Positions 58,279-64,000 of a stretch of DNA of 64,000 bases are shown in pieces. This DNA comes from the human T2T-CHM13v2.0 reference genome, Homo sapiens. The translations under genes and the position numbers were made by a program. The notes under the pieces are model-generated. The model had not been told where the DNA came from and made no database searches. It saw only the letters and a list, made by a program, of their open reading frames with translations. Every line of letters starts with the position of its first letter. The stretch's first letter is position 1. Location: the NCBI RefSeq assembly GCF_009914755.1, contig NC_060926.1. One strand, given 5' to 3'.

Positions 58279-58636
58279 GGTTGGGTGCGGTGGCTCACGC
58301 CTGTAATACCAGCACTTTGGGAGGCAGAGGCAGGCAGATCATTTGAGGTCAAGAGTTTGAGACCAGCCTGGCCAACATGGCTCAACCCTGTCTCTACTAA
58401 AAATACAATAATTAGCCAGGCATGGTGGCACACGCCTGTAGTCTCAGCTACTTGGGAGGCTGAGGCAGGAAAATTGCTTGAACCCAGGAAGTGGAGGTTG
58501 CAGCACACCATTGCACTCCAGCCTGGGTGACAGAGCAAGACTCTGTCAAAAAAAGAAAGAAAGGGAAGGGAAGGGAGGGAAGGAAGGAAGGAAGGAAGGA
58601 AGGAAGGAAGGAAGGAAGGAAGGAAAGAAAGAAAAG
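58279..58636 (+). mobile_element. Alu whose tail has expanded into a purine microsatellite, with (GGAA)12 at 58578-58625
   Basis: TSD AAATC(T/C)GCACAATAA brackets both the Alu and the GGAA array. Confidence 0.93.
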
Positions 58637-59009
58637 AAATCCGCACAATAACAAGATTCTGGCTAAAGCTGGCCACCCCGCCCTCACCACGCTGGGACCC
58701 GTGCCCATGGAGGGGATGTCAGCATGTTTGCCATCCAATTCTGGTTCATTTCATAACTGAGGCTTGGATGACCTGTCTCTTGCCACCTCGTGCTTATTTA
58801 CTGTTTAAATTTCTGTCCCACATTTTCCTTCCATTGGGTTTCTGCTTTGGGTTTTTGTTTTGGGTTTTTTTCCTTGTTTGGCTGGTTGGATTTTTTGGTT
58901 TTGCCTTTTGGCTCCCAATACAACTTTGTTCCATTCCAATTTCTCTAGTTTAAAGCTGATGAGCGTTGGGGTTGGCTGTATTTACTTACTTGTTTTTCAA
59001 AATTAATTA

Positions 59010-59274
59010 ATTTATTTATTTTAGAGGGAGGGTCTCACTCTGTCGTTCAGACTGGAGGGCAGTGGTGTAATCATAGCTCACTGCAGCCTCAGCCTCTTGA
59101 GTAGATGGGGCTACAGGAACGCACCACCATGCCCAGCTAATTAAAAAAAATTTGTAGAGACTGAGTCTTGCTATGTTGCTTAGGCTGGTCGCCATGTCCT
59201 GGCCTCAAGTGATCCTCCTGCCTCGGCCTCCTAAGGTGCTGGGATTGTAGGTGTGACGCACTGCACCTGTCCTG
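59010..59274 (-). mobile_element. AluJ-like
   Basis: ATCATAGCTCACTGCAGCCTC and TTGCTATGTTGC; diverged. Confidence 0.9.
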
Positions 59275-62200
59275 GTGTTTATTTATTCATTGATCTTCAT
59301 CCGTGTCTTCTTGTGCTTCAGCTACATCTCACCAGGGCTGGTCCCAGAGAGAAGAGAAAGCAGGTGGCACCCTCCCCCACACTCATCTCAGCTTTCTTCC
59401 TCTGACAATCTTCTTTTTTCTCCATTCCCCTGTTATCAGAATCCAGCTCCCCAGTTGCACACAGAAGGTCAGACCTCCCAACACAGCTTGTAACTGAGCC
59501 TGGCAATGTCCTTTCTTTCCAACCTTTCTCATCTCCTCCTCAGCAAAGCTGAGCCATTCTCTATGCCAGTTATTCCCAGCTGCAGCCTCACCCTCAGAAA
59601 ACTGGACTGATCTTAAGGATAATGACTGATAGTGGCCCCCAGCACACCTAGCTCCTCAGTGGAGGAGAAACCCAATGAAAGGGCTTCCTGTTGGCATTTC
59701 AGGCACAGGAATGAAGAAGCTAAAGGAGTCATTCTGGGGACTGCCCTTCATGGGAGCTTCTCTGTTCCCATCTCCATCTCTGCCCCTTTCAGCATAGTAC
59801 CCAATTCAGATAACCTCTGAACCCACTGAGTTTACCAAAAAACACCCTCTATGAATGAAAGTGGCAACTCTAATAGTACATCTAAAGGCTCAATATCATA
59901 GTCCTGGAAACTCTATAGATTTTGCCATTCTTGTTTGATATGGAAGTTGATTATATCAATGAACTAGCTTTAAATTCACCCTTTTCTAGAGACACGGAGC
60001 TGGAGTGAGGTCCTTGTCTGCACAGCATAGCCTGGATAACTTTAATAATTGATGTTTAAATAATCTCCCAACTATTTGCATGTCTGATGTCTGTGGGGAA
60101 ATTGAAAGGCCTTGTTTTGTTGGCAGTGATAATCATTGGATATGCAGCAACATGGTATGAATGACTAAAGTCTACTCTGGGCTCTGCATTTTTGCCATCA
60201 TCAGGAATTTTGATGAAAAAAGCTGATCTGGAAAAACAATTTGTGCCAAAGCTTTATATAAATGATTGATTTCACTCAAATTCATAGTCAGTGGTATTTA
60301 ATCAGTCCTTTTCATCGAGATGTTTGACAATTAGTCTTGGGCCAACTAAACATTCAATTGATTTAGATGTTAGACTTTCATGAAACTGAAGCTGATTGTT
60401 TTAAACTGAGCAAATTCTAGCCAATGTCTTCCTCTCTAAAATTCTCCCAAAGATATTTATTTTAAGTTTCTCAATACAGAGGGAGGAGTGACTAATTGAG
60501 GTACTTGGGCTTGTAAAGAAGCATTTATCCTGTGGAAATTTATTCTATTCTCACGGAGTATCTAAATGCTTATGGCTGTTTTTCATGCTGTGTAAAATAT
60601 GACTTGCTCCATATAAAAAGCAACAAATATAAGGAACCAAAGGCTTGGTATAATCAACAGGAGCTGCTTTGATGTAAACTCTTAAAGGAGACAGGACTTC
60701 TCTTTGCATCCAAGTCTGATCTTGAGTTTGACAATGCAGGTCTAGGCGTGGAAGGGGTGGGAGGACAGTTGGTAGAAGGAGAGCTGCTTGATGTGGACAA
60801 AATGCCTTAATGTTAAGATTATCCAGAGGCCCTGGCCATTTAATAAGGAGGCTTGTTGCTTCTTATTAATGGAAATGAATGCTCTTCCTTCCCCCAGTCA
60901 GGTTCCAGCATTGCTGTCCATATGCTATTTGAAGTATCTGAACCCTCCCAGATGCCAGTCTCTGTGGGTGTAAGACAGGAAATGCAAAGTGGGTTTGGCC
61001 CAAGTACAAAAATGTGAACTGTAACAGAGAAAGCTCTGTGGGATGGCCCCTATTATTTTTATACTGTTTCGAGCTAGGTGTTGAATGATGAGTAGCCCGG
61101 CTCTGTGGAAATTTTGGAGCATCAGGCCACTTTGTGTCTTAAGTGACAAAGTGCTAATTTAAGGACTAAGATTGAACTTGAGCAACTGATTTAAGCAAGC
61201 AACTAATTTCATTCATTGGGAAGATTATGGGATATCTCACACAGGATCAAGAAAGTCACAAGCAGAGCCCAACCAGGTCCCTAGGATGCCCATTCTCATC
61301 TCTCTGCTTCCTCTGTGACTTCATCCTTTCCCTTCCTGCAGACTGCGTTCTCCACAAGATTCCACCAACAGGCCCTGGACTTTCCTTGCACAGCTTCAGC
61401 TACATTGAGCAATGCTGTCACTGGCATGGGTCTGAGTGTCTCCGGGAAGGGACTTGGATCAGCTGTGCATTCCTGGGTGGCTCCACGGAGGCTGAAGAGA
61501 AGGTCACCCAGGAGGGGGAAGCACAGGTTGGAAGAGAAGGGAGTCCCTGGTGGAAGCAGATAGGAAGAGGAGCACCAGCGGGCATGGGCAAGGCAGAAAA
61601 AACAGCCCTGCAATGCACGGGGCAAGATAGGCACTTAACTCACTCTGGGCCATTAATCCAATCGTGGTTGGCCACAGGATTTCTATGGTCTTTTAACCAA
61701 TATAATTCTGACATGGTTGTCATTTAATGGTTTAAAACCAAAAAACAGCAAGCAATGTCCTAACCTACCTATAACTTTCCATTATACAACCATGGAAAGA
61801 GAGACAGAATTTGGTGGGTTTGTTTATGTGGTTGTGAGTCACAGTCTGAAGCAAAGACATAGCAAAATGCATAATTAAAATAGACTATGCATTTGTTGAG
61901 AGCAGGGGGCATGTCTTGTTCATCTTGGATTCCCTAACAGTGCTTCGAACACATAAACACACTATAAATGCATACTAAATTAAATTTGGGGGGAAAATAC
62001 TCCAGCAATATTGAGGCAGGAAATCAAAAGCAACGGCTACAGATGCAGTGTTCTTAGTAGAAATAGAAAGAAGCAGTTCAATGCTGGAATAAAGCCGGAC
62101 TTAACAAAGCACCACCATAACGTCACAGCATGGAGTTCACCATGCAGAGGGACCAGCGTACCTCAGGCAGGCAGGGGCCTGATGACATCTCTTTTAGCGG

Positions 62201-63399
62201 CTGAGCATTGTGACTTTGCCAGGAGTCTGCAGCCACCGGCATGCCCAGAGGACCGGGCATCCTGTAGGAGGCTGGAATGTGTTTGAGGTTTGACTTGCTG
62301 TGCGGCTCCTGGAGTTTTATTGAGTTCCTTTGGTTTGAAGTCCTCATGACATTACATTAAACTACACATTATCACAAAAAAGTTTTAAAATACGCTAAGA
62401 TTACTGTAAAGGTAAGATGATAAACTTATGGCAAAATTTTCCCTATCCGGGAAGCTAAAGGTGCCTGTTAACCTGTGTTGTCCAGTTTCACGTATTTTTA
62501 AAATACTGCCATCAGTACCAAAGCATAGATTTCTGCACTCAGCTGCAAGTCACAACTGAGGCTTCCCTCAGTGTGGCCACCCTGTTCTTGGTGCATTCCC
62601 GTCCATATGGCCCACACAAGCCCGAGGCCTTAATTCATTCAGCAAACACTTTTCCCTCCTGCTGTTTTCTTTCCCTGCTGCTTAGTACCCTCCTTTCTCA
62701 CCAGGGTCTTCTCAGACTCACCCCTGCCTCTCCTCCCTGCTGGTCGTCTGCATGTCTGTTTCTCAGGACTCTGCCTCACAGATCCCCTGAGGGGGCCCCG
62801 AGCCCAGGCACTGCCTAGCCTTGTGGTGGCACTCAGATTAGAAAAGACTGCTGTTGGGCTACTTACAGCTGCATAACGAACCACCCAAACCAGTGGCTTG
62901 ACAACAGCAACTCATTATTTCTCACAATTTCTGTGAGATGGGCAGCTCAGCTGGAGGACTGTGCAGCTGGTCTCTCCTGGACTCAGTCAAAACTAAGAAG
63001 GGGCTCTGAGGGTCACAGGCTGGGTGGAAAGGGTTAGGCTTACTCCAGACAGCACTGTCAGCTGAGAGTGACATCGGCCCCCCCAGGGAAGAGCTTCCTT
63101 ACAGTCACAGAGCAGTGCCACAGTGGGGATGGCTTCCTGTGGCGTGGTGAGTCCCTGACGTCAGGATCGCACACGCAGGGGAGGGTTGGCTGTTGCTCCG
63201 AGAAGCCTGAATGACATGGGTTCTAAGAACCCATTCCATTCACTCTCTGTCTCCTCAGGAGCTGGCACTCTTTTCTGTGAAATGGCCTCCCCGCCAACTG
63301 TCAGCCCCTTGAATTGGCTTTGAGTTCCTCATGCCTTGCCTGGCACAAGTCGCTCAATGCGCACTTGGGCAATGAATTGGTGGCCTTGCACATCCTCAT

Positions 63400-63613
63400 T
63401 ATCTCGATGGAGGTTAAATAATGTAGATAAACACAAACTACCACATTGCTCAGCCATCGTCCTCCCATGGACCTACCAAAGAGACAAGAAAATGTGCCCA
63501 CACAAAGACACAGATACAAATGTTTATTGCAGCTTTATTTGTAATGGCCCCCTAAAATGGACACAGCACACATATTCACAAATTGGTGAGTAGATACATC
63601 AATAAATGGCCTA
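63400..63613 (+). mobile_element. Old L1M 3' fragment
   Basis: TACAAATGTTTATTGCAGCTTTATTTGTAATGGCCCC. Confidence 0.6.
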
Positions 63614-64000
63614 TGATGGGACGGGATAGTTCCCTTGACTCCCTTCACGGAGGAAACTGGAATGTCTCATTTCACTCGGCCCGCTGAGTGCAGGAACCGG
63701 AGCAAATGAACTCTGCAACGGGCCGGGCCGGTCTCTCCTCTCCAGGGGGAGCAGGCTCTGTGCAGGCTCCGCAACAGCATCCAGGCGTGTGACAACCAAT
63801 GCTCTTTCAGCTCTGCCGTCCGGGGACAACCAAGTGCCAACCAGCTCAGTGGACGGTCAGTGTGGCAGCCCCTGCCCTCTTGGCATCCAGGTTCTTGTCT
63901 GGCATCCAGGAAGAATTGAGTCGCACGATCTCTTTGAAAGATGATAAATGCGGAAGACTTTATTGACCCATGGGTGGCTGTCAGCGGAAAGGGAGGCTGG
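63614..64000 (-). mobile_element. ERV1 LTR (LTR27/LTR28-like), U5/R end, truncated by the window end
   Basis: Abrupt GC/CpG-rich start TGATGGGACGGGATAGTTCCCTTGAC; GGTTCTTGTCTGGCATCCAGGAAGAAT; minus-strand AATAAA (TTTATT at 63959-63964). Confidence 0.7.

Noticed and set aside
61227-61727. 166-aa ATG ORF with overlapping ORFs on both strands
   Set aside because: No similarity I recognise; overlapping frames reflect locally higher GC rather than coding bias.

Overview
Primate (catarrhine-like: AluY, HERV-H LTR7, MER41 and THE1 are present) non-genic or intronic DNA that is mostly interspersed repeats. I found no cellular protein-coding exon, RNA gene or CRISPR array. The window opens inside a decayed HERV-K class II provirus (env, polypurine tract and 3' LTR; the LTR resembles LTR14C/HML-9). 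The first 24 kb are rich in LTR elements, most with readable target-site duplications (TSDs): an ERV1 solo LTR, a MER31-like LTR hosting a full-length THE1 and a MER51-like LTR, MER41B with intact tandem GAS sites, and a solo LTR7. The rest is Alu, L1, MLT, hAT/Tigger fossils and microsatellites, with a few repeat-poor islands. Main observations: (1) rec-type splice donor, acceptor and an 18-codon second exon are conserved in a non-HML-2 HERV-K env; (2) a TSD-resolved nested insertion stack; (3) MER41B and LTR7 as candidate co-opted enhancers; (4) a TEAD/octamer/P3-homeodomain motif cluster in unique sequence. Repeat family names come from remembered consensus sequences, not a database search. 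Boundaries without a TSD are approximate.
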